Positions 32,001 to 44,989 of a DNA stretch of 64,000 nucleotides are shown here, one piece after another. The translations under genes and the position numbers were made by a program. Every line of letters starts with the position of its first letter. The first letter of the stretch is position 1. The stretch is taken from contig OZ024742.1 of NCBI GenBank assembly GCA_964016885.1, forward strand, positions 60,946,001 through 61,010,000. The letters run 5' to 3'. Under the pieces are notes generated by a model, which ran no database searches, had not been told where the DNA came from, and saw nothing but the letters and a program-made list of their open reading frames with translations. The stretch is from Eledone cirrhosa (taxonomy: Eukaryota).

Positions 32001-32305
32001 ATTTCTGCCGGACCGGCAACCGCTCTTTCAAACCAGTTCCTGTACACAGCTAAGTATTCTATAAGTCTCTAGCTGTGTCATTCTCGATAAAAGCACTGGA
32101 TATGTAATCCTGAAGATTTCTAATAATAATGAAACGCGTAGGTTACTTCCCTTGCTTTTATCGAGAATCTAATTGTAATACGTGACGTATTCTATTCTAT
32201 AGCGATTAGGTCTTCAAAATGTTTATTATAAACATACAGAATATTTTCGAATATTCTATGTCTATCTTCACATATATATCGCTATTTCAGAGCATTTAAT
32301 CCAAT
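29061..32305 (+). repeat. 310-bp tandem array, 10 full units plus 145 bp, one hammerhead per unit (non-LTR retrozyme-like)
   Basis: tcgagaatct recurs at 29061, 29371, 29681 ... 32161 (exact 310-bp period); units are nearly identical; no ORF. Confidence 0.95.
29291..29377 (+). ncRNA. Type I hammerhead of the 310-bp unit (repeated every 310 bp, 10 copies)
   Basis: Stem I gtaatc/ggttac extended by the 15-bp ttctcgataaaagca/tgcttttatcgagaa; CTGAAGA 29320-29326; stem II ttct/aga(a/g); GAAA; palindromic ACGCGT; GUA cleavage after 29350. Confidence 0.9.
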
Positions 32306-32315
32306 ATATATATAT

Positions 32316-33007
<692 letters not shown>

Positions 33008-33784
33008 CCGGAAATAAGCTCAAAGATAGGTCCGAGCATTTTATAATGACTAGAAATTGATTAACATATATATATACATGAATAATCACAGGAGATAATT
33101 TTTACAAGCGTGTAACCACGCATGGCTAGTTGGGTAACACATAAATAAAGTTGAGTACAACTTCAAAAACAGATACCTTAAATATGATTAATCTTCCCTG
33201 TGTATATCCCATTAAAGAAATATATTTCACCAATTAATCAGATGGTAAGTCACGGAAAGTGGATATTATTGGATTGTGAACAAGGAAGAATTTTGTTCAG
33301 CAATCCATGCTCACACAGCGAGTTCAAATCCTCATCTGGCCACTACCCCGTGTTGTGTCTACACATCACAGTAGCTTCGTTTCAGTGGCGTGAATATGTA
33401 TTTGACAACTAGAAATAGCAGTCAAATTCCCTTCCACAGAAATAGCTCTACAATTAAGGAGCCGTATTTATATATCTATATCCAAAATTAAGATGAATTA
33501 AATGAATTTAATCTAAATCGAAGTTTTGGGTGTCATGCCATAACGGCGTGCGCCATATCGCCTGGAAATAAGCTAAAAGATAGGTCCGAGCATTTTATAA
33601 TAACTAGAAATTGATTAACATATATATATACATGAATAATCACAGGAGATAATTTTTACAACCGTGTAACCACGCATGCCTAGTTGGGTAACAAATAAAT
33701 AAAGTTGAGTACAACTCTCCCAAAGTATAACAATATCTGTTTCAACACACGTTTTAGATAAGAAAGCATGCAAAACAAATTCAA

Positions 33785-33855
<71 letters not shown>

Positions 33856-33908
33856 AATATACACATATATACGTATATATATGCATATATATATACATAT
33901 ATATATAC

Positions 33909-33941
<33 letters not shown>

Positions 33942-34197
33942 CATATGTCAACCTTCTTTCCTGATTTATTATTACTCCAAGTGTTTACAAGATAGGAATT
34001 ACAGCATACCCACAACATCACTATGAAAACGCCTTGTCGAGTCAAATCAAGCCAAGCGTTGATATCATCCACTACCTGGAATACCATAACTGGACTATAC
34101 CTAAGTGGACTGCATTTAACTATTATTTGTTACCCCGTATATATAAATATATATATATATATCATATATATAAATATATATATATATATACAAATGA

Positions 34198-34392
34198 ATT
34201 GTGGTAAGGAACCAGATGGACCATAACGCACCAGAGTACTCAATACTTAGGGTAGTAGAGTGGGAATAAGAAAAAGTATGACCCCGACGGCAGAGCTCAA
34301 GCCGTTTCGACGGTAAACAGAAATAACAGAAATGTCCAGAAATAGCCGTCGAAACGGCTTGAGCTCTGCCGTCGGGGTCATAATGTTTCTTA
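34198..34392. mobile_element. Small palindromic element carrying hammerhead 3' halves
   Basis: tgaccccgacggcagagctcaagccgtttcgacgg inverted against ccgtcgaaacggcttgagctctgccgtcggggtca; tail on the left arm only. Confidence 0.8.
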
Positions 34393-34925
34393 TATATATA
34401 TATATATATACATATATATTTATATATATTTGTAACCGCGTGCTTTTCCTACCAACTCGTAAGTACGTTTTCTTAACTGCAGATTATTATATACACACGT
34501 TTTCTTCTTAATATCTTCAAATAACCAAATAACCAAAAACTTTTAACAACCTCAAACAACCAAATAACCAAATCTCACATCCATAAAACAGAATACATAT
34601 CTATATATACGCTACTTTAATATCTATGAATAACCAACGGCTCACTCACATAAGGAAAAAGTATATACAAATACACGTGCTTTCCTACAAACTCGCAAAT
34701 AAGTTTTCTTAACTACAAATTATTATATACACTCGTTTTTCCTTGGATATCTTCAAACAACCAAATAACCAAAAACTATTAACATCCTCAAACAACCAAA
34801 CTCCCATCCATAAGAGTGAATATATATATAAACACGATCCTTTAATTACTTCAAATAACCAAAGTCTCAATCACGTATCAAATATCAAATATCTAAAAAC
34901 GCACATAAGGAGGAAAGAAAAAAAT

Positions 34926-35188
34926 ATGACTACTAACCAGCAAGCCCACAACGGACGAAATTGGTCTGATAATGAAATTGACCTCTTAATAAACACATGG
35001 TTTTCTCTGTCCCAAACAATAAACATTAACCCGTCATGTCTGAATGAAATTGCTAAAAAAACAGCTCAAACATTTACCACGAGGTCTGCTAAGCAGATAC
35101 ACAACAAACTAAAACATGTAGAAGTCTCTTTCAAACTAATTCAAAACCATTTTGAAAAACTTCGACATATTTACTCCAAAGGGCAAAC

Positions 35189-35273
<85 letters not shown>

Positions 35274-35654
35274 GAAAAGCCAAAAAAACAGGAGCCACCA
35301 CCACCACCGCTACCACTAGTGAATTCAAGCATAATAGCTGAGTTTCTGAATGACAGAATCCCTCAACCCTTACTCAGCCATCATTATCGCCATCACCACC
35401 ACCACCGTCACCATCTTCTGCCACATCAACTGCTAGTAATGGATCACTGCTTTCTCTCCCACCACTCTCACAGCCTCAACCACAGTTGTCATCATCATCA
35501 TCGCCACCACCGCTGGTTTCTTCCTCCACATCACCACCATAGCCATGCCGTAGTCAAAAGAACTTTAAAAAAAAATCTTTGGAGCTGTATGCACCCTCCA
35601 CTACACATACTACAAACCCCAAAATATACCGCTACTCTCTACGAAAGAGGCTAA
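34926..35654 (+). pseudogene. Myb/SANT-like (trihelix/MADF-type) domain ORF with polyQ; possible ORF1 of the downstream LINE
   Basis: ATG at 34926; RNWSDNEIDLLINTW...IAKK...RSAKQIHNKLK fits W-x3-E-x3-L-I-x2-W...R-x3-Q-x3-K; (CAA)n at about 35187-35273; C-terminal part probably frameshifted. Confidence 0.55.
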
Positions 35655-36299
35655 GCACACATAGCAACTGTATATCTACCCATTTACCGGGTACTAGGCG
35701 CACTAGCACTGCCAGCTAACACCAAAGCACGCTGTCCGCACGCATAGGTCCGAGTCTGCCAACATTCCCAACGTGAGGGGCTATGTCTGCTGACTGACTG
35801 TCCCTTAACTCATCTTCCTGGGACACAACGCACGAACAGAAAAGGGGGTCCATGCCGACACACAAACCACAATAAAGCCACCCCCTGCTGCAGTAATGCT
35901 GCTCCAGACTTCTCACAAAGACACGATTACAACAACAAAAACAATAAAAGTAATGCTGCTCCAATTACAACAACAACAAATATAACAACAACAAAAGTAA
36001 TGCTGCTCCAGTCTTTTCACAAAGACACGATTACAACAACAACAAATACAACAACAACAAAAGTAACGCTGCTCCAGTCTTTTTACAAAGACACAATTAC
36101 AACAAATACAACAACATAAGAGGCAACTGCAACCCTATCCAATGGTCAAACCACAAATTCAATCAAAAACTGCTTCCTGAACAAGTAAATCTTTCGTTTT
36201 TAGCCATCCATGAACCTGGCAAAAGAGATAGAGAAAAATATTTTATCCATCATCCAAAACCATCCTTGCTGTCACTAACAGACAATCTCAAAACAAGCC

Positions 36300-39200
36300 C
36301 CTGTAACAGTCAAAATCAGCCACCACACTAGCCTCCACATTTTTACTCAATACAGAAGGTATCAGCCCATCCATCAATGCACAGAAATGGAAGATCCAAT
36401 TCATTGAGGATTGGGTTGGTAACCATCCATTTCACATCCCCTTCTTCATTCTTACTGAGACCCACCTTGACAACTCCCACTTGGAGGACGAAGTAAGAGT
36501 GAGGAATTTCACAACCATCCGTACGGATAGTGTTGACAGAATGAAGGGTGGAACTGCCATTTTCCTGCATGATTCCTTTACGACAGATGGTAACACAACA
36601 TTCTCCAATGGCTACTGTGAATCAGTCACTGGGAACAACAAAGTCAATGACCTGACATTAGTTGGGCTCTATAGGCCACTACAAACACCCATAATCTGCT
36701 GCAAAGAACGCCTCAACAGTATTAAATGCTTTATTAAACAGTGCCATTCTAGCAACATACTTTTGATGAGAGACTTTAATCTACCCTCTGTCGATTGGTC
36801 TACATGTAGTTTGAAACCAGGCACGCCAACCTCAACCACTGACAAAGAAGTTGTCGAGTCAATTCTTGACTTCATGAATGAGTTTTTCTTGTCCCAACTT
36901 GTCCTTGTACCGACAAGGCATCAGAAGAACATTCTGGATCTAGTGTTTAGTAACCACACTCACACTATCCATAATTTTACAGTGGAAAAAACCCTTCTCT
37001 CAGACCATGACATGGTTCTTTGTAACCTGAGATTCCACCAGCCGAAAGCTAATCCCAGGGTCTTCTTTCCAGCCCACCCATTTGATAACATGGATCTCTA
37101 CAATGCCAACTGCAATGCAATTATGAACGAACTATCACATGTTGACTTGTCTTTTACACACGCACACATTTCCACCAACATCAAAACATCTTGGCAGATA
37201 TTTGTAGACACTGTCACAAATATATGTACAAAACATACCCACCAAAACCTGTGAACAAAACCAAGTGCAGTATCCCCCAAAACAGAAAAAACAATTATCC
37301 GAAAATAAAAAGAACAAACAAAAAAATTAACACATTAAAATACTGCCAACAGCAACACACACATTCGATGGCTATCGCTCTGCTTGAGTCAAAAAAATAT
37401 AACCTCCAGCAATGCATGATGATCATCATCAATAACCACAGAATAGCTGAAGAGAGGTGGGCCATTGAGAAAATCAAACTCAACCCCAAAGTGTACTTTT
37501 CATTTGCTAAAAAACACAAGGTCACCGTCTCCACTGTTGGCCCCCTAGTTGATGAAAATGGCACACTCCAGGACAATGCTAAAACCATGGGCGAGATACT
37601 GCGAAAACAATACTGCTCTGTTTTCAGCAATCCTGATATGGCCGATCTGGGCCGTATCAGTGATGTTAACCCCCCAACACTCTATATCAGACATAACGTT
37701 TGGTGCCTCTGATGTCTTAGCGACAATAAACGAAATTAAACACAATTCAACACTAGGCCCTGACAGGTTCCCTGCTTGTGTCTTGAAGATGCGTCGACAC
37801 CAACTTGCATCTCCTCTTGCTAATCTGTGGAGGAACTTACAGAACACTGGCTATATTCCTGAAAACTTTCTGTCCCAGTCCGTTGTCCCAGTCTTCAAAA
37901 AGGGAAATAAGTCCCTTGCAGTGAACTACCGTCCGATCTCACTCACCTCTCATATTATCAAAATATTTGCGAGGGTGGTGAGATCACGAATAACCCACTT
38001 TCTTGAAAGCAACGGCCTGCTGAACTCCAACCAACATGGGTTCCGTAATGGAAGGGACTGCCTAACGCAGCTCCTATATCACTTTGACAATGTTTTGAGA
38101 GCCTTGGGAGAGGGCTCCAACACTGATGTCATCTACCTTGACTTCAGCAAGGCCTTCGACAGGGTTGATCATAAGATTCTACTGAAAAAACTATCCAATG
38201 TTAGTGTCTCTGGAAGGTTACTACAGTGGATCAAATGTTTCTTAACAGGCAGAATCCAGCATGTTGTAGTCGAAGGAGTAAAATCAAGCCCTGCCAAAAT
38301 CAGCAGTGGCGTCCCACAAGGCAGTGTGTTGGGCCCACTTCTTTTCATCATCTACATTAATGACATTACTGACCTCATGAAGGACAGCAACATCAGAATC
38401 TTCGCAGATGATTCCAAGCTCCAAAGGGTCATCGATGAGGTAGGTGACCGGACCTGCCTTCAGTCAGACCTACTGGCTGTTATCCAATGGGCAGAAATGA
38501 ATAATATGCTGTTGAATGAGAATAAATCTGAATTAATCCACTTTGGAAAAGAGGATGCCCTGAAACTACCATACTCTCTTCCTTCGGGTGAAACTCTAGT
38601 GGCATCCAATAACATCAGAGACCTGGGAGTAATTGTGGACAACAACATAAGCTGGGCCACTCTTATAAACAGCAAAGTTGATATGGCCCGCAGAATGTGT
38701 TCCTGGATTCTTAGAACTTTCCAGTCGAGAGATATCCACACTGTTATCCTTCTCTTCTCCACTTTTGCTCGATTCCACCTTGAATACTGTTGTCCACTGT
38801 GGTCTCCCCACACGAAACACAGTATTATGAAAGTTGAAGTACCCCAAAGGTCAATTACAAAAGGGATAGATGACATGACAGGCCTTGACTATTGGAGTCG
38901 ATTAGAAAAGCTCAAACTTTATTCTCTCCAACGTCGTCGTGAGCGCAACATTATCTGTATGATGTGGAAAATATTCCATCAGCTTTGCCCAAATGATGTT
39001 GGCATCACCTTTAGTGTACACCCAAGGCTTGGGCCCCGTACTATCCGCCCACGACAAAAATCTCACTCGCATCACATAACAACGATACGGCACAATTATT
39101 TCACCTCAATTGGCCCTGCACTCTTTAACATTACACGAAGACACATCAAAGCAGAGACAGACCCCATCAAGTTCAAGAAGTCTTTGGATAAATTCCTCCA

Positions 39201-39362
39201 AGAAATCCCAGATAAGCCTCTTACACCCGGATATGCCTCCGTAAACAATAACCCTCTGCTCGAGTGGGCCATGGTGCCCAAACACTGATTTGTAAGACTT
39301 CGCCAGGTGGTGCTATTAAGTTAGGCATGGCCTGAGCCAATACTGGCCGAAACCTATCAAAG

Positions 39363-39364
<2 letters not shown>
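36300..39364 (+). mobile_element. CR1/L2-group non-LTR retrotransposon ORF2 (APE endonuclease plus RT), frameshifted
   Basis: APE motifs GLYRP, DFNLP, PTR...ILDLVF, SDH (36481-37254). RT motifs GPD, NYRPISLTS, QHGFR, YLDFSKAFDRV, GVPQGSVLGPLLF, FADD, DLGV, LEYCCPLWSP, LYSLQRRR (37549-39288). Short 3' UTR running into (TA)n. Confidence 0.93.
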
Positions 39365-39402
<38 letters not shown>

Positions 39403-39404
<2 letters not shown>

Positions 39405-40007
39405 TGGCTGCCAACTCGTTTTCGAGTACGGCCACTACTTTATATCCATGTAGGAGAACCCCTACCGATGCGCTGAACGAGTGTGACTTTTTAGTCCAGC
39501 CAGCGACTTGAAAACTCTGGTACAAACACTACACTTGTGACAATTACTGACACATAGTGCTGGGCCCATGGTACCATGTGACGACAAGTGCAGAGAGATC
39601 TCCAGATATAAAGCAATGCCTGTGCCGTGAAGCTTTTATAGTGAGCAAAGGCACTGCACAAAGCCAGTCCCACTCTCTTAACCAAGATGATATTTACCAA
39701 AAAGAAGAACAAGTCAACATCATTGGATACCATCAGGGTTGCAGGTGTTATATCAGAGTTTTCCTTCTCCTAGAATTCTGCCTTGACAAAGGCTAAGGGG
39801 TCATCTCTCCCGGTGATTTTGGATGGCCATTGACTCTTAAGAGCTCCTTTGCCCTTTGACAGGTTTTGTTTTTAGTCCTGCAGGATGTCCAAAGTCACCC
39901 TCCTCACCAAGAAACCTTGGTGGGGTTGCCAGTTTAGTCGCCAACGACCCGACCATGGGACAGGTTGTACTGGGATACATGTTACCAGTAGCACCAACTG
40001 GTGACCT

Positions 40008-40010
<3 letters not shown>
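39403..40010 (-). mobile_element. Bipartite non-autonomous RTE derivative (5' UTR joined to 3' end)
   Basis: Minus strand carries the RTE-type 5' UTR motif CTAGGAGAAGGAAAACTCTG (about 39754-39773, recalled consensus), then CSVCTRVFKSLAGLKSHTRSAH* and a terminus homologous to the RTE end at 54088-54125. Confidence 0.7.
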
Positions 40011-40065
<55 letters not shown>

Positions 40066-40068
<3 letters not shown>

Positions 40069-41882
40069 GCAAAGTTTTATTTAAATTGTTGGGTTACAAC
40101 GAGTAAATATTTATAACTGATATAAAAGCACTCAACAAGTATTTGGAGTATATTTACGATATTAAATAAATGGAAACTATATTTATAAAACTATATTTAT
40201 GTCATTATATATATTTCAGGGATATCATATTAAAAATATGGTATGCCTTCTTCAGACAAAATACAATATAAACAGTCTTATAAATAGATAGATTTGACAT
40301 ACCTTACAACTTCAACTTCCATTTAAAAAGTTGATTTGGTAGTGAAAAATGTTAGGGACAGTTATAAAAAGAAAGAAAGAAAAAAAGCGAAGAAAAAGAA
40401 GAAATGCATGCAACTAAATAGAGAGAGATAGATATAGAGAGATAGATAGAGAGAAGAAATTCACGTAAAGAATTTAGAACAGAGAGAGATAGATAGAGAG
40501 AGAAAAAACACAGAGGGGGATAGATAGAGAGAGAGAGAGAGAAGAGAGGGAGAGAGAGAAAAAAATAGAGAGAGATAGATATAGATAGAGATAGAGAGAA
40601 AGAAAATAGGTAGTTGGGCACCAGTTGAATGACGTATCAATGATATATTTATTTATTTATTTATTTATTTAGTTCTAGTATTAAGGTAGAGAGAGATATA
40701 TGTGGTTAGGAGAGAAAACAGCCGTTACATAGAGAGAAAAGAAAAATATCCAGAGATAAACGAGGCAGATTTAAAACATGTTTCATCAATGTAAAAATAT
40801 CAATTCGTATGAATTAGGTATTATAATGTAAATATCAGTATTCATGAATGAGACACGTATCAATAATGTGTGAAAAATAATGATCATATGTCTAGTTTAA
40901 AATTCCTAGGTTTATATCAGAGCTGAGATAAAAAAAACTGAGAAAAAAAAACTGAGATAAAAAAAAAAAATGAGATAAAAAAAAACTGAGATAAAAAACT
41001 GAGATAAAAAACTTAAAAAAAAATTGAAATACATAAGTATATATGCACTTTCATGAAAAAAGAAAAAGAAAAAGAAAATAGAAGGTTATCCCAGATTCGA
41101 TACTATAGACTTCCATGTGAATTTACGTGATCAACTCTGCAAATTCCTATTTCACATGAAAACATTCTCATTGTGCTATAAAAATTCTAGTATACATATA
41201 TGTGTACATACACACAAATATATATAGAATCTACATTAATTTTAACAATACTATTCTTGTCTTTACTCTACATGATTATCGTTCAAGCATAAATAGACAA
41301 CAGATATCAATATATCAATAAAAATATCAAAGAATTAAAAGATAACAAAAAATTAAAAAATATTAAAAATAAAACACAGTATGCCCCGCAAATCAACCAC
41401 AGAGATCAACCCTTCAAAATTAATTGACAATATATTGCCAAGTTCATTATAAGCATCAGAATCAAAAGCAAACAAAACCAAAATTATTTACCAAATCCTG
41501 TCTAGCAGAAATCGTTCCAAAAGTTTAGGATACCCATTTGATCTACAGATGGTCTTATATTTATTATAGAAGTTTATCTAGTGTAAAATGTATTCAATAT
41601 ATTTGGAGCATCAGCTTTTAAGGTAGTTTAATTATTCATGAAGAATGTTTACAAAAAAAGAAATCGAAAGATTTATCGGCGAGTTTCATAAATAATTATA
41701 AATCATAAGTAAATATACTACATTTTAAATTTATATTTATATTTAAAAGTTGAGTTCAATCTATGTCTGCAGCAACTGAATAAATTTGTCCGTAAATTAA
41801 GGGAATTTTTAGATTTTAGTATAAAGAATATCTCCTCCGCGCAGAGATCACATGTCTCAGAAAATGAATTAAAAGGAAGTCT
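40066..41882 (-). mobile_element. 3' part of a PLE of the CxLC...CxH type with long 3' UTR and hammerhead
   Basis: CDLCAEEIFFILKSKNSLNLRTNLFSCCRH (41718-41880); minus-strand CTGAAGA-agg...cct-GAAA-tatata-TA at 40201-40260; GAGTGCT tail at 40127-40133. Confidence 0.75.
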
Positions 41883-43495
41883 GTGGCCTACTCCAGTGCC
41901 ACGGAACACCCGCCCATCGCCTTACGATCGAACAACGAACTATCTTCATCTTACAGACCCACACTCCCCCCGGCCTGAACTCCCCACCCTTATTCCTTTA
42001 GCGTTCGACCGCCCCCCTCCCCCCACACTTATCCCCCACTAACACCACTAACAAACCCCTCCTTTTCACCGCCCACCCAACACTAACAATACTAACACCT
42101 CCACTCCACCCCTCATCTGACCACCCTTCCCCAAGTAACATACTTTCATCCCTTCCCTCCCCTCTTCTCCTCCTCCCCCCTCCTTATCACACACACACAC
42201 GCACCCACTTACACCACCCACCCCACACGCAACTAACATCACTAACACCCCCCAACCCCACGCACACGTACCCACACACCCTCGTAAACCACCAACTCTG
42301 CACATCCTACCACCACTAACCCCCACTCACACCTGCATTCAACCCCTCCCCACCTCCCGTATACTAACATCCACTAGCACCTCTTCACCAAACTACACAC
42401 ACACCAGTACACCACACTCCCTCCATAGAACCACACACACCCTTCTCTCCCCGCTCAACCCACACCCCCGCTCCACACTCACTCATCCCACTAACACCCC
42501 TACTAATACACACACACACACACCCTCCTCACTCCAACGTTCACACCTACCCATCCTCGCCCCCTTACCATTCCACCGACTGCTGCTATGCCCTTCTGAC
42601 CACCTCCCAGCACCAACAGACCACAGCACTCCCACTGCTGACCACTTCCTGTTGCGCGCGCACCCCACATCTCTCCTCTTCCGACCACCGCTTCATGGAT
42701 TACCCACACGCAGAAATTGACTTATAAGCAATCCTCCAAACATCCTTGGAACTTACCAACTTTTCAACCATCCTCTGACGTCATCACCTATATAACTCAC
42801 CCACACACACACCCCCAAAAAAATGTTTTCTCCACACGCCACCCACACCCACAACACGCTTAAACCCCACACACACGTGCTTCCCACCACATATTTACAC
42901 CCTCAGCCTTCTGATTCCTCTCCCCCCCCCTATCCACACACGCACAGACACTCCGACCCACAACCCCCCCCCCACGCACACACACCTCTTCCTGAACATG
43001 CAACCCCGTTCTTCCCCCAACCCTTACTTTCACATACACACACACACACACACACGCACACCTACACACACACACCACCTTCAGCCCTCCCCGCTCGGAC
43101 ACCCCGTCTCCCTCTCCCACTCCACCCGCCACCACCCCTACTCACCCCACACCCTTCCACCACCTGTTTACCCCCCTTTTAATTTCAGTTTATTTTGATC
43201 GTGCCTTTATTTTTAAATTTTCTCATTCCTTGTATTTTGATCATGCTTTATTTTTATTTTTTATTTTTTATCTTTATTTGTTAATTTTTCCTTCGCACCG
43301 TTTCCTTTCGCTATATGTCACTCCACCACTCCCCTACACACCGTTTGAACTCTGTTCCCACACACTTCTCACCTGAGGAAGGGCTTATGCCCGAAACGTC
43401 GTCCCCCACCTACCCCCCACTCTCCTGAGCGTGCAATTAATAAACATTTATTGTACTGCCTCTCTGTTTTGTCCCTGTTCAAATTTTTCCATTAC
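41880..43495 (+). mobile_element. 3' part of a Neptune-type PLE with C-rich 3' UTR and hammerhead
   Basis: Manual translation CGLLQCHGTPAHRLTIEQRTIFILQTHTPPGLN (GIY-YIG C-terminal E..IF.L.T..P.GLN); HHR CTGAGGA-agggc-ttat-gccc-GAAA-cg-TC at 43371-43402; ends at (TA)n. Confidence 0.75.
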
Positions 43496-43591
<96 letters not shown>

Positions 43592-43594
<3 letters not shown>

Positions 43595-44478
43595 AAAAAA
43601 TTAGAATTGGAGCTCTGAAATAGCAATATATATATGGATGTATATATAATGTATTTGGCAATACACTTTATGCTTAATTAAAAGCATTTTGAAGACCGGA
43701 AGCTATTGTTTTAAAGTAGTGACAAATTCACTCACTTTGATCTCAGCAAACAGGGGAGATAAGCCGACATGACATGTTTCGCTTTTGTTGAAGCTTATCA
43801 AGGCCAAATACCCCGCCTGTCTACTGAGATCAATGATGTTATATTCTTATAGAAATCTAGTAAATAATCAGGAGCTGATTAATTTCTGATTAATTTCTGC
43901 CTGACCAACAACCGCTCTGCATAATCAGCTCCTGATTATTTACTAGACTTCTATAAGAATATAACATCATTGATCTCAGTAGACAGGCGGGGTAGTTGGC
44001 CTTGATAAGCTTCAACAAAAGCGAAACATGTCATGTCGGCTTATCTCCCCTGTTTGCTGAGATCAAAGTGAGTGAATTTGTCACTACTTTAAAACAATAG
44101 CTTACGGTCTTCAAAATGCTTTTAATTAAGCATAAAGTGTATTGCAAAATACATTATATATACATCCATATATATATTGCTATTTCAGAGCTCCAATTCT
44201 AATTTTTAATTTCTGCCTGACCAACAACCGCTCTGCATAATCAGCTCCTGATTATTTACTAGATTTCTATAAGAATATAACATCATTGATCTCAGTAGAC
44301 AGGCGGGGTAGTTGGCCTTGATAAGCTTCAACAAAAGCGAAACATGTGTGTCGGCTTATCTCCCCTGTTTGCTGAGATCAAAGTGAGTGAATTTGTCACT
44401 ACTTTAAAACAATAGCTTACGGTCTTCAACATGCTTTTAATTAAGCATAAAGTGTATTGCAAAATACATTATATATAC

Positions 44479-44480
<2 letters not shown>
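43592..44480. repeat. 316-bp retrozyme-like repeat: ~0.9 copy inverted plus ~1.85 tandem copies
   Basis: aatttctgcctgacc at 43892 and 44208; inverted arm about 43592-43880; HHR TTGATAA-gctt/aagc-GAAA-catg-TC at 44002-44032 on the long stem gatctcagtagacagg/cctgtttgctgagatc. Confidence 0.85.
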
Positions 44481-44558
<78 letters not shown>

Positions 44559-44573
44559 TGTATATATATATAC

Positions 44574-44743
<170 letters not shown>

Positions 44744-44989
44744 GAGAAAACATGGGGAGAAGTATACTGCTGGTTGCACATGGATAACATGTAATAAAAT
44801 AATATAAGTCCCTCATCAGTGATTTGCCGACGATCATAGATATTTCATTGCATTAAAAATCATATACCTCACGTCGGTGCAATAATAACTAAATTAAGTT
44901 ATTAGGACAATTAAAACGCGTAAAGCGAGTGAGACGAGATAACAACAAAGAGGATAGCTAATACATATATATATATATATATATATATA

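Noticed and set aside
29061-32305. CRISPR array or rRNA/snRNA tandem
   Set aside because: Whole 310-bp units are near-identical with no unique spacers, no cas genes, eukaryotic context, and no 5S/tRNA/snRNA motif recognised.
39880-40010. HDV-like ribozyme at the RTE-derived 5' end
   Set aside because: Hairpins are present but I could not build the nested double pseudoknot by hand.
40923-41012. ctgagataaaaaa short tandem repeats
   Set aside because: Ordinary slippage minisatellite inside a 3' UTR.
44790-44850. Minus-strand CTGATGAG as a type II hammerhead
   Set aside because: No convincing stems link it to a GAAA.
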